Below the pieces are notes generated by a model. It saw only the letters and a program-made list of their open reading frames with translations. It made no database searches and had not been told where the DNA came from. The position numbers and the translations under genes were made by a program. A stretch of DNA of 50,673 nt, taken from positions 1 through 50,673 of the forward strand of contig CAUZEB010000001.1 of assembly GCA_963578655.1 (NCBI GenBank), given 5' to 3'. Below are positions 1 to 9,613 of the stretch, piece after piece (within the stretch, counting starts at the first letter, position 1; each line of letters opens with the position of its first letter). Source of the stretch: Dehalococcoidia bacterium (GTDB taxonomy: Bacteria > Chloroflexota > Dehalococcoidia > Lucifugimonadales > CAUZEB01).

Positions 1-26
1 ACTCTTTAGTAGTCACCGGGTAGATT

Positions 27-1280
27 TTGAACTTTTCTCTTTCTAATTCCACAGATAAGAGCATCCGTAGAAGCGGTGGATTCATCGTTTCCACTCTGTC
101 GATAATGCATGGCTTGTTCCACATTTTGGACCAAACTCTCGTCATACTCCTCCCAGAGATTAAATCTACCTTCGGACTTTCAACGATAGGTATTGGAGTG
201 ATTGCTGCCGTTGAACGTACATCCGACGGCATCATATCTGCCCCTGCCGGAATTTTTTCTGATATGCATCGTAATAAATGGGGACTTATACTTGCTCTAT
301 GTGTTCTTTTGTTCGGGCTTGGTTGGTTAGTAGTAGGATCAGCTCAAATATTTCCCGTGCTGCTCATAGGTATTGCAATAATCGCTGTGGCCTCCTCCGT
401 TTGGCACCTACCTGCCACGGCCTCTCTGTCAGAACATTTTCCCGATAAACGAGCTACAGCACTATCAATTCACGCTATAGGAGGAAATATTGGGGACATC
501 ATAGCCCCTCTAATCACCACGGGAATCCTGCTAAGCTTCCTGACTTGGCGAGGAATTATAACTATTTACGCGGTTATTCCAATCCTATTGGTGGTGGTTG
601 TCTTCTGGGCCTATAAAAATATAGGTGAGCACGACCAGTCTAAATATGTCACCCCAACCCTGAAAGGCCAATTATTCCTTGCCAAACAAATGCTTGGGAA
701 CAGGGTTTTATGGGGGATAAATCTCGTAAGCGCACTAAGAAACATGACCTATGTCTCTCTAGTTTGGTTCCTTCCGATTTATTTCGATGAAGAACTCCTC
801 ATGAGCTTCCAGTCTAGAGGATTCCACATGGCTTTACTTTTTCTAGTGGGCCTATTTTCAACACCATTGCTTGGATATTTATCAGATCGATACGGGAGAA
901 AAGAAGTCTTAGTACCATCGCTGCTTGTTTTATCTATTCTTACACTTTTGCTAATATCCTACGGTCAAGGTATCTCTTTAACTCTCCTAATCATGGGTAT
1001 AAGCCTATTCCTTTACGGGGATCAACCTATATTAACAGCCGCAGCTCTTGATATCGTCGGCCGCGGAGTCATTAATACAGCCCTTGGTGTACTCTCTTTA
1101 GCACGATTGGCACCCAGTGTACTAGCACCTATCATCGCCGGTTGGCTTTATCAAAATCATGGGATAGATTCGTTATTTTATTTTGTGGCCGGAATATTCG
1201 CTATCTCAGCTGTCATATTGATTTTCTTGCCTCTGGCAGCTCTCCCTTCAACCATCAATAATTCTACTGATCACAAATAG
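27..1280 (+). CDS. MFS transporter
   Basis: 417-aa ORF with about 12 hydrophobic segments and the MFS loop signature 'GYLSDRYGRKE'. TTG start at 27 directly follows an in-frame TAG (21-23). Confidence 0.75.
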   Translation: MNFSLSNSTDKSIRRSGGFIVSTLSIMHGLFHILDQTLVILLPEIKSTFGLSTIGIGVIAAVERTSDGIISAPAGIFSDMHRNKWGLILALCVLLFGLGWLVVGSAQIFPVLLIGIAIIAVASSVWHLPATASLSEHFPDKRATALSIHAIGGNIGDIIAPLITTGILLSFLTWRGIITIYAVIPILLVVVVFWAYKNIGEHDQSKYVTPTLKGQLFLAKQMLGNRVLWGINLVSALRNMTYVSLVWFLPIYFDEELLMSFQSRGFHMALLFLVGLFSTPLLGYLSDRYGRKEVLVPSLLVLSILTLLLISYGQGISLTLLIMGISLFLYGDQPILTAAALDIVGRGVINTALGVLSLARLAPSVLAPIIAGWLYQNHGIDSLFYFVAGIFAISAVILIFLPLAALPSTINNSTDHK

Positions 1281-1474
1281 TATAATCGTGATTTGAAACC
1301 TATTTTGGTTATAATTCTAGGCACCCTTAGATCCACGATCTTCAAATCGATATTATCTCAACTGCAGAATTCTTTACATACACGCATCATAAAATGATAC
1401 CGAGTAACCTTATGCCAGAATTATATAGTGGAAACAATGATTTATAAGCACGGTGTTTTTGTAGGAGAAATAGA

Positions 1475-2230
1475 ATGAGAAGGTTAGAAAATAAAGTAGT
1501 CCTCATTACCGGGGGTGCGCGTGGTCAGGGAGCAGCTGAGGCAGATTTGTTCGTCAAAGAGGGTGCAAAAGTTGTTATTGGGGATATATCACAAGAGGAA
1601 GGCAGGAAACTCATTGCCAAAATAACTGAGAACGGAGGACAAGCGATCTTTGTACACTTGAATGTCGTCAGAACAGCGGATTGGATTAACGCTATAAATG
1701 AAGCAATAAAAACATATGAAAAGTTAGACGTTCTTATAAACAACGCCGCCATTTACAGTCGTAATGGAGTTGAAACAACCACCGAAGAAGAATGGGATGA
1801 TATCATGGATATCAATGTCAAAGGAGCTTTTCTAGGTTCTCGTCTAGCAATACCATTTATGAGATCAAATGGCGGTGGATCCATTGTAAATATCTCTTCT
1901 GTCGGCGGCTTAGTTGGTAGTCCACTAGGAGCGGCTGCCTATTCTGCTAGTAAAGGCGCTATACGTTTACTGACCAAATCTATAGCCATTCAGTATGCAA
2001 AGAATAATATAAGATGCAATTCTGTCCATCCAGGCACTATCGACACAGATATGATAAAGGACGCCATGGATGATCCTATACTGTATGAAGATCGAAGAAA
2101 ACGTATTCCAATGTTAAGAATTGGTTCGGTTGAGGATGTAGCTTACGGGGTTCTTTATTTAGCATCTGATGAATCTTCGTTTGTAACGGGGGCTGAGCTA
2201 ATTATAGACGGAGGTTCCGTGGCTCGATAG
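1475..2230 (+). CDS. SDR family oxidoreductase (classical short-chain dehydrogenase)
   Basis: Cofactor motif 'ITGGARGQG', 'NNAA', catalytic 'YSASK' and 'PGTIDT'. SD AGGAGA lies 6 nt upstream of the ATG. Confidence 0.9.
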   Translation: MRRLENKVVLITGGARGQGAAEADLFVKEGAKVVIGDISQEEGRKLIAKITENGGQAIFVHLNVVRTADWINAINEAIKTYEKLDVLINNAAIYSRNGVETTTEEEWDDIMDINVKGAFLGSRLAIPFMRSNGGGSIVNISSVGGLVGSPLGAAAYSASKGAIRLLTKSIAIQYAKNNIRCNSVHPGTIDTDMIKDAMDDPILYEDRRKRIPMLRIGSVEDVAYGVLYLASDESSFVTGAELIIDGGSVAR

Positions 2231-2244
2231 AAAACCGATAACTA

Positions 2245-3333
2245 TTAAATACGCCGTAGTCGCGGCACATTCAGTTCACCCGATATGTCGTCAAACCATT
2301 CAACGACTTCTTTGTGAAGGGGAATACCATTTGACTTCCGATCGATCATCTCTTCATTTTCAGATAGTCCCGGATAGAGAACACGTTCATAACCGGGAGC
2401 GGGAGGGGTTTCTTTTAACATTTTCAGCATCTTATCCATGTTTTGCTTAAATGTCTCAACATCAGTGAAAGCAGAAATATTATAAGCGGCGAAATAATGC
2501 CTTGAGCCAGCATCTATGTCTAACATGGTAGGTAAGGCTCCTGCTAACATAGTCGCGAGCACTTCAGACATAAGTCCAAACCCATATCCTTTATGTGATC
2601 CTTGCTCTCTACTACCTCCCATCGGAAGGTGGTGATATTGCCCCTTCTGGCGCACAGGTATGTCTCTCATTATGGGTGTCCCATCAAGCTCAGATATCCA
2701 CCCAGATAGTAGATTGGCATCCATTCTTTGAGCTAATCTAATTTTATTTCCAGCAATAGCTGACGTAGCTGCATCAAATATTAACGGAGCCTCCTTACCC
2801 GCCGGCGCAGCAATAGCAATTGGGTTAGTACCCAGCCGACCTTCTGATCCGAAAGTCGGTACCACTACTGCTCCACCTGCCGTAGTACACATACCCACCA
2901 TATCTTCTTGCACGGCTAGCATACAATGGTGTCCAATTGCGCCTGAATGGCCACTGTTAAACATGGTTACTATACCCACGCCCACCTTGCGTGCTTTTTC
3001 TATAGCTATACGCATAGCTTTAGGCCCAAGTATGATCGCTAATCCGTTATCAGCGTCGATAGTCGCGGTACCTAGAGACTCGCGAACAATTCGCCACGAC
3101 GGTCTAGGATTGAGATCACCTTCATTGTACAACTTTACGTAATCTCGCAGCATATTAGAAACACCATGGGTTTCTACGCCACGCAGATCCGTTAACGTCA
3201 ACACATCAGCTGCTTCGTTCGCATCCTCAAGGGAGACTCCCATTTTTTCAAATATGGCTGTAACGGTTAGTCTTAGAGAATCTTCCGGTACACGAACCTG
3301 GTCGTCTTGCGGAACCTTGAATCGTTCTAACAT
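2245..3333 (-). CDS. Ldh_2 family oxidoreductase (type-2 malate/L-lactate/sulfolactate dehydrogenase family)
   Basis: Family-typical motifs 'GVETHGV', 'NSGHSGAIGHH', 'GTNPIAIAAP' and 'GSHKGYG'. The ORF track begins at 3399. I prefer the internal ATG at 3333 ('MLERFKV...'), which is preceded by AAGGGTGA plus 5 nt. Confidence 0.8.
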   Translation of the reverse strand: MLERFKVPQDDQVRVPEDSLRLTVTAIFEKMGVSLEDANEAADVLTLTDLRGVETHGVSNMLRDYVKLYNEGDLNPRPSWRIVRESLGTATIDADNGLAIILGPKAMRIAIEKARKVGVGIVTMFNSGHSGAIGHHCMLAVQEDMVGMCTTAGGAVVVPTFGSEGRLGTNPIAIAAPAGKEAPLIFDAATSAIAGNKIRLAQRMDANLLSGWISELDGTPIMRDIPVRQKGQYHHLPMGGSREQGSHKGYGFGLMSEVLATMLAGALPTMLDIDAGSRHYFAAYNISAFTDVETFKQNMDKMLKMLKETPPAPGYERVLYPGLSENEEMIDRKSNGIPLHKEVVEWFDDISGELNVPRLRRI

Positions 3334-3474
3334 TAGATTCACCCTTAAATATAGAAGCTCGAGCCGTTGCATGGGCCTAGTAAAGCGTGTACGCACCACA
3401 CTCGCAGGATTTTGATGATCGTTCTCCTTATATTGGCAATCTTACAAGCGACCGAGATTGTATCACAATGATTA

Positions 3475-5085
3475 TTAAAGTTCTTGTTTAATTCGGTCAG
3501 CCATATATTCCGCTATCATAACTGTTGTGAGATGAGTATTAGCTCGTACAACTTCTGGCATTATTGACGCATCTACTACACGTAGTCCACTTATGCCAAT
3601 TACTCTACCGTTCGAATCAACAACTGTATCCGGATCATAAACATTCCCCATCCTACAAGTGCCCGTGCCATGTTGAGTGTCTTCACAGAATTCCATCAGC
3701 CAGTTATCCAATTCATCATCGTTTTTAAAATCGTTGACAGATATCTGTTCCAACTGTCCTATATCCTCATACTGTGAGCCGGGATAGACGCCCTCTGACA
3801 CGCCATTGAACGCTGGATGTGTCGCTACAGCAAATAGCCGTCTCACTCCATCTCTAAGCCGAATGAGATCACGTTCATCAGATAACATGCGTTCTTCAAC
3901 CTGTGGTTGCACTTCCGGGTCTCTCGATACAATAGAAAGTTTCCCACGGGAAAAATATTGATAAACAGCCACCATTAAAAGCCCAACAGACCTTTCTTGT
4001 TCGCTTGGTCCTGTAAGATTAATGCCTGCCATCATCATATCATTCATACCAGCGCCCATTAGATCCGAAGAATACCTGATCATACAATTAACATGACGAG
4101 CGTCTTTTGAGACAGCCCTCGCATTGGGGGACAAGGCAATTCGTAAATTAATCCCGGCGTGATCCTGCATATTGTTCCCTACTCCCGGTAAATCCACCAA
4201 AGGATCTATTCCTAAAGATTGTAACTCGGCACCAGGCCCTATACCGGAACGAAGAAGTATAGTTGGGGAATGAATCACTCCTGCAGAGAGTATGATTTCC
4301 CTTCCTCGAATATGCCTAGAGGCTGCATCTGTCTTAATTTTGACTCCGATAGCTCTTGGACCGTCAAATTCTATACTGTCTACCAAGGTTTCACCCACTA
4401 TCGTTAGATTGGAGCGAGCACGTGCGGGCTCAATGTACGCATTATTAGCTGATATTCTCACTCCCTCAAGCCCAAACCTGTTCATAGCAAGTGGAGATAT
4501 TCCAGTACTATCAGGGGCATTATGATCTTCTGCCCAAGGGTATCCTAGATCTATCGCCGCTTCATATAGAGCCTTGTCGATGGCTCCCCACTTTTCTATG
4601 GGTGTCCGATAGATCGGAATCGGCCCGCTATCTCCATGATAGGGTTGCTCCCCGAAATCCAGGTCTTTTTCCAATCGAATGAAATAGGGTAAGACATCTT
4701 CACCTGCCCAATGATCACATCCCTTTTGAGACCATATATCAAAGTCTTCCAACATACCTCTTATAGCTATCTGTCCGTTTATGGAAGAACTCCCCCCCAT
4801 GCCTCGACCTCGCCAATATAGTCGAGGTTCCTGAGCGTCGCTACGTCGCGAAGTCAATGAAGGCCATTGATACTTGCTGAATTGCTTCTCCTTTAGTAAT
4901 CCAGTTGGATTAGGGCTTTTCATTTCATTAGGAGCCTCATCAGCACGATAGTCAGGTCCTGCCTCTAAAAGCAGTACTGTCTTCTCACAATTATCTGATA
5001 GGCGATAGGCCAACGTCGATCCAGCTGAACCAGCACCTATAATAATATAGTCGTAATTAACGTCGCTTTCGTAATCTGAGTTCAT
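3475..5085 (-). CDS. GMC family oxidoreductase (choline-dehydrogenase-like flavoprotein)
   Basis: N-terminal FAD fold 'DYIIIGAGSAGSTLAYRL', the 'GGSSSINGQ' signature, and a C-terminal active-site region 'TQHGTGTCRMG...VVDASIMP'. AAGGAGG abuts the first ATG (5091) and sits 6 nt from the second ATG (5085), so 5085 is the likelier start. Confidence 0.9.
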   Translation of the reverse strand: MNSDYESDVNYDYIIIGAGSAGSTLAYRLSDNCEKTVLLLEAGPDYRADEAPNEMKSPNPTGLLKEKQFSKYQWPSLTSRRSDAQEPRLYWRGRGMGGSSSINGQIAIRGMLEDFDIWSQKGCDHWAGEDVLPYFIRLEKDLDFGEQPYHGDSGPIPIYRTPIEKWGAIDKALYEAAIDLGYPWAEDHNAPDSTGISPLAMNRFGLEGVRISANNAYIEPARARSNLTIVGETLVDSIEFDGPRAIGVKIKTDAASRHIRGREIILSAGVIHSPTILLRSGIGPGAELQSLGIDPLVDLPGVGNNMQDHAGINLRIALSPNARAVSKDARHVNCMIRYSSDLMGAGMNDMMMAGINLTGPSEQERSVGLLMVAVYQYFSRGKLSIVSRDPEVQPQVEERMLSDERDLIRLRDGVRRLFAVATHPAFNGVSEGVYPGSQYEDIGQLEQISVNDFKNDDELDNWLMEFCEDTQHGTGTCRMGNVYDPDTVVDSNGRVIGISGLRVVDASIMPEVVRANTHLTTVMIAEYMADRIKQEL

Positions 5086-5547
5086 TCTCATCCTCCTTGT
5101 AACCCAATATTCCCATTCGCCTTTTCGTGTAATTATATGAGCATATCAAATAGTCTAGAATTAATTATGTGGATTACATTACCTTCAGATTATGCAAATT
5201 TCGTGTGAGCTTTAATCCATCCACAGGGGATTTGGATCTCGATAATTGGAATCGGGAGGTCAGGCGTTAGGATCAACGTCACCGGCTTCAAGTTCAGCCA
5301 AGTTAAAGTTCATTCTACTATAGTGTTTGGTTTTTGGAATCGTCTGACTCAGAAGGATAGCTACGAGTGCAACATCTTTAGTGGATCCTCAAACCGCTAT
5401 ATCAACTTTTACCTGACTAACTGGTATCCATTCATCGTTAAAATATGTTATATAGACTGGCATATTTCCCCTCATAAGTGTATTTTAGGGCTATTCGTTC
5501 CTAACCATTTAGCGGCGTAGAGATTCTCCACCCTGGCGGGACAGGCC

Positions 5548-6456
5548 TTAATCATCTTCCAACACTATATCTCCACTTTTACCTCCTGTTTTCTTCACTA
5601 ACCTTACGTTATTTATACGCATAGACCGATCTACACTTTTACACATATCATAAATCGTCAAGGCTGCGATACTCACCGCTGTCATTGCCTCCATCTCCAC
5701 ACCGGTCTTTGCAGTAGTTTTTGCCATGCCCTCAATAGCTATTAAATTGTTCTCGTGATCCATATCGAATTGCAATGCTACTTTGGTAAGTTGCAAAGAA
5801 TGACATAGGGGGATCAGCTGAGACGTATTCTTAGCCGCGATTATTCCAGCTACCCGAGCGACAGAAATAACGTCCCCTTTCTGAAGATCGTTTGCTTCAA
5901 TCAAAACTAACGTTTGACGACTCATAGAAATTTGAGCCCTGGCGACAGCTACTCGAGCAGTTTCAGGTTTCATACTAATGTCGACCATAGAAGCCTCTCC
6001 GGATGTATTCAAATGTGTAAACTTACCCGCATATGAGTTAAAGTCTTGGTGATGTTTGGCTTCGCCTACAGCTAATCTATCGGCCATTTCATTCATTGGA
6101 TGCCCATCGTGGCCTTTAACCCAGCACCAAGTCACTTCGTGACGTCCCACGACAGCATCTAATTTCTCCCACAGGTCTAAATTAGCTTTACGTTTCCAGC
6201 TCTTAGTCATAGTGTTAATTAGATACTGACTGTCACTAAAAACAGTTACTCGACCTGGTTCAACCAGGGCTTTAAGGCCCTCTACAACCGCTAATATTTC
6301 CATCCTATTATTAGTGGTATGGTCTTCGCGGCCTTTTACTATTCGCCTGTCGCCTTGTTCAAAGATCACAGCAGCCCAACCACCCGGTCCAGGGTTACCC
6401 AAACAAGCACCATCTGTGTAGATTTCTATCAATTGTTTCTCCATCCTCCCGTACAT
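5548..6456 (-). CDS. moaC: Fusion protein: RNase HI domain (N-terminal) plus cyclic pyranopterin monophosphate synthase MoaC domain (C-terminal)
   Basis: Residues about 1-135: 'IEIYTDGACLGNPGPGGWAAV', 'NNRMEILAV', 'FSDSQY', 'GHDGHPMNEMAD' (RNase H DEDD set). Residues about 148-302: 'FTHLNTSGEASMVDIS', 'KGDVISVARVAGIIAAKNTSQLIPLCH', 'TGVEMEAMTAVSIAALTIYDMCK', 'KTGGKSG' (MoaC). One uninterrupted frame. The start could be 6456 or 6444. Confidence 0.85.
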   Translation of the reverse strand: MYGRMEKQLIEIYTDGACLGNPGPGGWAAVIFEQGDRRIVKGREDHTTNNRMEILAVVEGLKALVEPGRVTVFSDSQYLINTMTKSWKRKANLDLWEKLDAVVGRHEVTWCWVKGHDGHPMNEMADRLAVGEAKHHQDFNSYAGKFTHLNTSGEASMVDISMKPETARVAVARAQISMSRQTLVLIEANDLQKGDVISVARVAGIIAAKNTSQLIPLCHSLQLTKVALQFDMDHENNLIAIEGMAKTTAKTGVEMEAMTAVSIAALTIYDMCKSVDRSMRINNVRLVKKTGGKSGDIVLEDD

Positions 6457-6651
6457 TAATACTACAGATCATTGTATAATATTGCTTCTTCTGTTTAAAC
6501 TCTTATCGCTACATTATTATAGAATATCTTGCTAAGAGTCACTCTCTGATGTAAACTGGCAAGCGGCAGTATGATCCAGCAACATAGCCTAAATGCCAAG
6601 AAGAGTTTAGGGTATCTATCATCTCTTGATAGAAATATCCAGGAGGCTCAG

Positions 6652-7470
6652 ATGACATCCAGTGAGTTCACGTTCTCCAAATTCGCAGAGAATGCCTTTT
6701 ATAGTAAAATAAACGACCGCCTTGTTGACATGGCTGAAGTTAAGGCGGGTCAGCGAATAGTAGATCTTGCTTGCGGAACCGGTCTCGTAACTGAACTAAT
6801 CGCAGATAGAATGAGAGGAGCCAAAAATTCCGTCATCATAGCGATAGACCAATCGGCTATCTCTTTAAAGCAGGCCATGGAGAATCTGACCGGGGTCAGA
6901 GACTCGGCCATACAGTTTATTCAGAGTAGAGTTGAGCTATTATCAGAAACTCTTAAAGAATCCGCTGACACAATCATATTTTGTAATGCCATTCATTATA
7001 TTGCTGATAAGGATGCTCTTGTAACAGACATATCTAAGGCTTTAAAGCCTGGTGGCACTTTTGCATTCAACACATCCTTCTTCAATGGTGGTCAACACCC
7101 CGATTCACTAAAGTTTTACAGAAAATGGATGTTTAAATCGATTCGTATTTTGCGTGCTGAATATAGTCTCTCACCAATCAGAACAGAGAAGGTAGAATCA
7201 CGCAAACATCTCACTCCTCAGGAGTACCGCGAGTTGATGGAAAGTAACGGCTTTGATGTTATCAAACAGGAAATTGATACCATAGCTGTCCCTATAGAAG
7301 GCTGGCTCGACATAAGTGATTTTGAGGATTTTATTCAAGGTACCCTGCCTGGTGTGAACCTTAGTAAGGCTAGCGCTGCCCTTAAAAAAGGCGTGACTCA
7401 AACTTATCAAGAGATGGAGATAGAGTCGGTGCCTCGCAATTGGATGCGTATGGTGTCAAACCGAAGTTAG
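6652..7470 (+). CDS. Class I SAM-dependent methyltransferase
   Basis: Motif I 'VDLACGTGLVTE', plus 'IIFCNAIHYI' and 'LKPGGTFAF'. The ORF track starts at 6571. The ATG at 6652 is preceded by AGGAGG plus 5 nt and is the likelier start. Confidence 0.8.
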   Translation: MTSSEFTFSKFAENAFYSKINDRLVDMAEVKAGQRIVDLACGTGLVTELIADRMRGAKNSVIIAIDQSAISLKQAMENLTGVRDSAIQFIQSRVELLSETLKESADTIIFCNAIHYIADKDALVTDISKALKPGGTFAFNTSFFNGGQHPDSLKFYRKWMFKSIRILRAEYSLSPIRTEKVESRKHLTPQEYRELMESNGFDVIKQEIDTIAVPIEGWLDISDFEDFIQGTLPGVNLSKASAALKKGVTQTYQEMEIESVPRNWMRMVSNRS

Positions 7471-7542
7471 TCTTTTTTTTTCAGGAGACAAAACATCGGA
7501 CCTCTGCTAATTTCTGAACAAACCGTCCGTGATCTGCTTACC

Positions 7543-8457
7543 ATGGAAGAGGCCATAGCTGCAATTGAAAAAGTTACAAACGACCAATACCTCGGTAACG
7601 CAGTAAATTATCCTAGGACCCATAACTATGCGGGCGCCGGACGCTACATCGCTACAATGCAAGCTGTTGCTTACAGTTTAGGGGTTTTTGGATTTAAGAC
7701 CTACACAATAGTACCTGGACGTCAATGCTACTTTGTGTATCTATATTCTCTCGAAACTGGATCTCTTCTGGCAATATTAGAAGCCAACACCCTAGGACAA
7801 TATCGTACCGGAGCTGCTACCGGTGTCTCTGTGAAATATCTATCTAGGGAAAACTCTTCATCAGTAGCTATTATTGGAAGTGGGTTCCAGGCACGAACTC
7901 AACTGGAGGCAGCATGTAAAGTGCGAAGCCTTCGCTCGGTGAAAGTTTTTAGTCCTAATCGTTCCAATAGATCATCTTTCGCAGAGGAGATGTCCCGACA
8001 TTTAGAGATAAACGTCAGACCTGTCAATTCTCCATCTCTAGCGTTAGAAGCCTCGGATATCATCATCACCATCACCAGTTCCAACACTCCAGTATTTAGT
8101 AACTGTGATCTTGAACCTGGAGTCCATATTGCAGCAGTTGGTGGTGCCAACCCTTATGTTAGAGAAATAGAAGTGGACGTTCTAAAGAAAGCAGATCTTA
8201 TAGTTGCTGATGATGTCGCTCAATTGAAATACGAGTCAGGTGAATTTCTTAAGCCGGTGCATACGGGCGAGATTTTATGGGAACAAATACAGGAATTATG
8301 GGAAGTTGTTGGCGGTGTTAACCCTGGTCGCACCAATGCCGACGATGTCACCATATTTAAGTCTTTGGGCATGGCGCTGTGGGACATTGCAATTGCTAAA
8401 GTCGTATACGATAAGGCAATAATGCATAATATAGGACATCAGTTGAATGTTCCATAA
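7543..8457 (+). CDS. Ornithine cyclodeaminase / mu-crystallin family protein
   Basis: 'LGQYRTGAATGVSVKYL', the Rossmann motif 'VAIIGSGFQARTQL' and 'HIAAVGG'. The conserved N-terminus continues upstream of the first ATG ('LLISEQTVRDLLT-MEEAI'), so the true start is probably a non-AUG codon near 7495-7510 (see findings). Confidence 0.85.
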   Translation: MEEAIAAIEKVTNDQYLGNAVNYPRTHNYAGAGRYIATMQAVAYSLGVFGFKTYTIVPGRQCYFVYLYSLETGSLLAILEANTLGQYRTGAATGVSVKYLSRENSSSVAIIGSGFQARTQLEAACKVRSLRSVKVFSPNRSNRSSFAEEMSRHLEINVRPVNSPSLALEASDIIITITSSNTPVFSNCDLEPGVHIAAVGGANPYVREIEVDVLKKADLIVADDVAQLKYESGEFLKPVHTGEILWEQIQELWEVVGGVNPGRTNADDVTIFKSLGMALWDIAIAKVVYDKAIMHNIGHQLNVP

Positions 8458-8891
8458 ACGTGTAAAGGCTGTACCACCACCACTGCCCTTTCATCTTTTA
8501 TCATTGCTCTATCATATTCGTGCCAATTAGGATGCTCTCCAAGAATCTCTCTATAAATTCCCCTAAGGGCCTCTTTCAATTCGTCTGGACCAGTATTGAT
8601 ATTAGAAAGAATGTCCGCTCGCCCCTCTAATACAATATAGGTACTCCAATCATCAGTGGATATCAGTAGAGAGCAGGAAGAGTTCCGGTTTAAGTTAACT
8701 AATTTCGAACGCTTTAAAACCGTCGAGAAAGCTACTCCATCCTTGAAAGCCCCGACAGATACTATACTTAGTTGCATAGCGCCATTTTTGCGAAAGGTGC
8801 TCAATACTCCCCTACAATTCTTTCTAATAAATTCCTTTTCCTGCCTTCTCAGCACAGAATCTCTCCTAATCATAGTGATTTTATTGGACAA
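8439..8891 (-). CDS. Pyridoxamine 5'-phosphate oxidase (PPOX) family protein, possibly F420-dependent class
   Basis: 150 aa with the split-barrel PPOX pattern ('GVLSTFRKNGAMQLSIVS...', 'YIVLEGRADI'). Its 3' end overlaps the convergent OCD-family gene by 19 nt. Confidence 0.6.
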   Translation of the reverse strand: MSNKITMIRRDSVLRRQEKEFIRKNCRGVLSTFRKNGAMQLSIVSVGAFKDGVAFSTVLKRSKLVNLNRNSSCSLLISTDDWSTYIVLEGRADILSNINTGPDELKEALRGIYREILGEHPNWHEYDRAMIKDERAVVVVQPLHVYGTFN

Positions 8892-8924
8892 TCCATATGA
8901 GTTATGTTGTAACCTAGGGATATA

Positions 8925-9398
8925 TTAGGTGTCTATTTCAAATAGGTCGTAATGCGATTTACTCATTCCCAAATCTGTATACACCATCTGAGCTATGCTA
9001 TTCTTTGTCTCTACATACAGCCGAATTCCGCATATATTAGGATCAGAGTTAGCTATTGAATGGACATGGTTATATAAAGCCTTGTAAACGCCGTTTCTCC
9101 GTAATTTTGCATCGACATAAACACTCTGTATCCACCAAAATTCAGCATTACGCCAGTCACTCCATTCGTAGGTGATTAACAAACTTCCTACTACAGTTTC
9201 TTCTACTTCGGCTACTAGGTAGAATCCCTTATAGGCAGAATCAAATATGGCATCTACTCCGTTAAGCACAACTTCTTTTTCTAATGTCTTACCCTCTGTT
9301 TCTCTGGCCAAATGCTGTTGGAACCTCACCAGAATTTCTCTATCCTTCCTGTCAGCTTTTCTTATCCAGATATTTTGTGAATGCATATCACATCTCAA
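8925..9398 (-). CDS. GNAT family N-acetyltransferase
   Basis: 157 aa. 'IRKADRKD...', with an acetyl-CoA binding region 'VYVDAKLRRNGVYKALYNHV' (R-x-x-G-x-A/G-like). Confidence 0.7.
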   Translation of the reverse strand: MRCDMHSQNIWIRKADRKDREILVRFQQHLARETEGKTLEKEVVLNGVDAIFDSAYKGFYLVAEVEETVVGSLLITYEWSDWRNAEFWWIQSVYVDAKLRRNGVYKALYNHVHSIANSDPNICGIRLYVETKNSIAQMVYTDLGMSKSHYDLFEIDT

Positions 9399-9613
9399 CG
9401 TATTTATTCTGATATAACGCTAATTAAACGAGTTTATCACGATAGGTATAACATGTGCAGGTAAGTAACTTCCTGTTAAACTAAACTCCAGAGTTAACTA
9501 ACACAAATCAGAACACATTCTGTCTCCCAGCCGAATACTGTAGTCTAATACGTAACTAAGTAAGACTGTCCATAAATAACAATATCTGTACATACCCCTG
9601 AGGTGGGCAAATT

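Noticed and set aside
5260-5475. A second possible UGA-interrupted ORF on the minus strand: 'MRGNMPVYITYFNDEWIPVSQVKVDIAV-TGA-GSTKDVALVAILLSQ...', with TGA at 5389-5391.
   Set aside because: It has no Shine-Dalgarno, no recognisable family or redox motif partner Cys, and only a weak GGAU/AUCC pairing downstream. An antisense ORF of similar length is also open, so this is probably chance openness in AT-rich spacer.
7473-7481. T9 homopolymer after the methyltransferase stop, considered as a terminator tail.
   Set aside because: No stable GC-rich hairpin precedes it. It is noted only as context for the OCD start-codon question.
8439-8457. 19-nt overlap of the convergent OCD-family and PPOX-family genes.
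   Set aside because: Both C-termini look family-typical. Short convergent overlaps occur in compact genomes, so there is no sign of error or special function.
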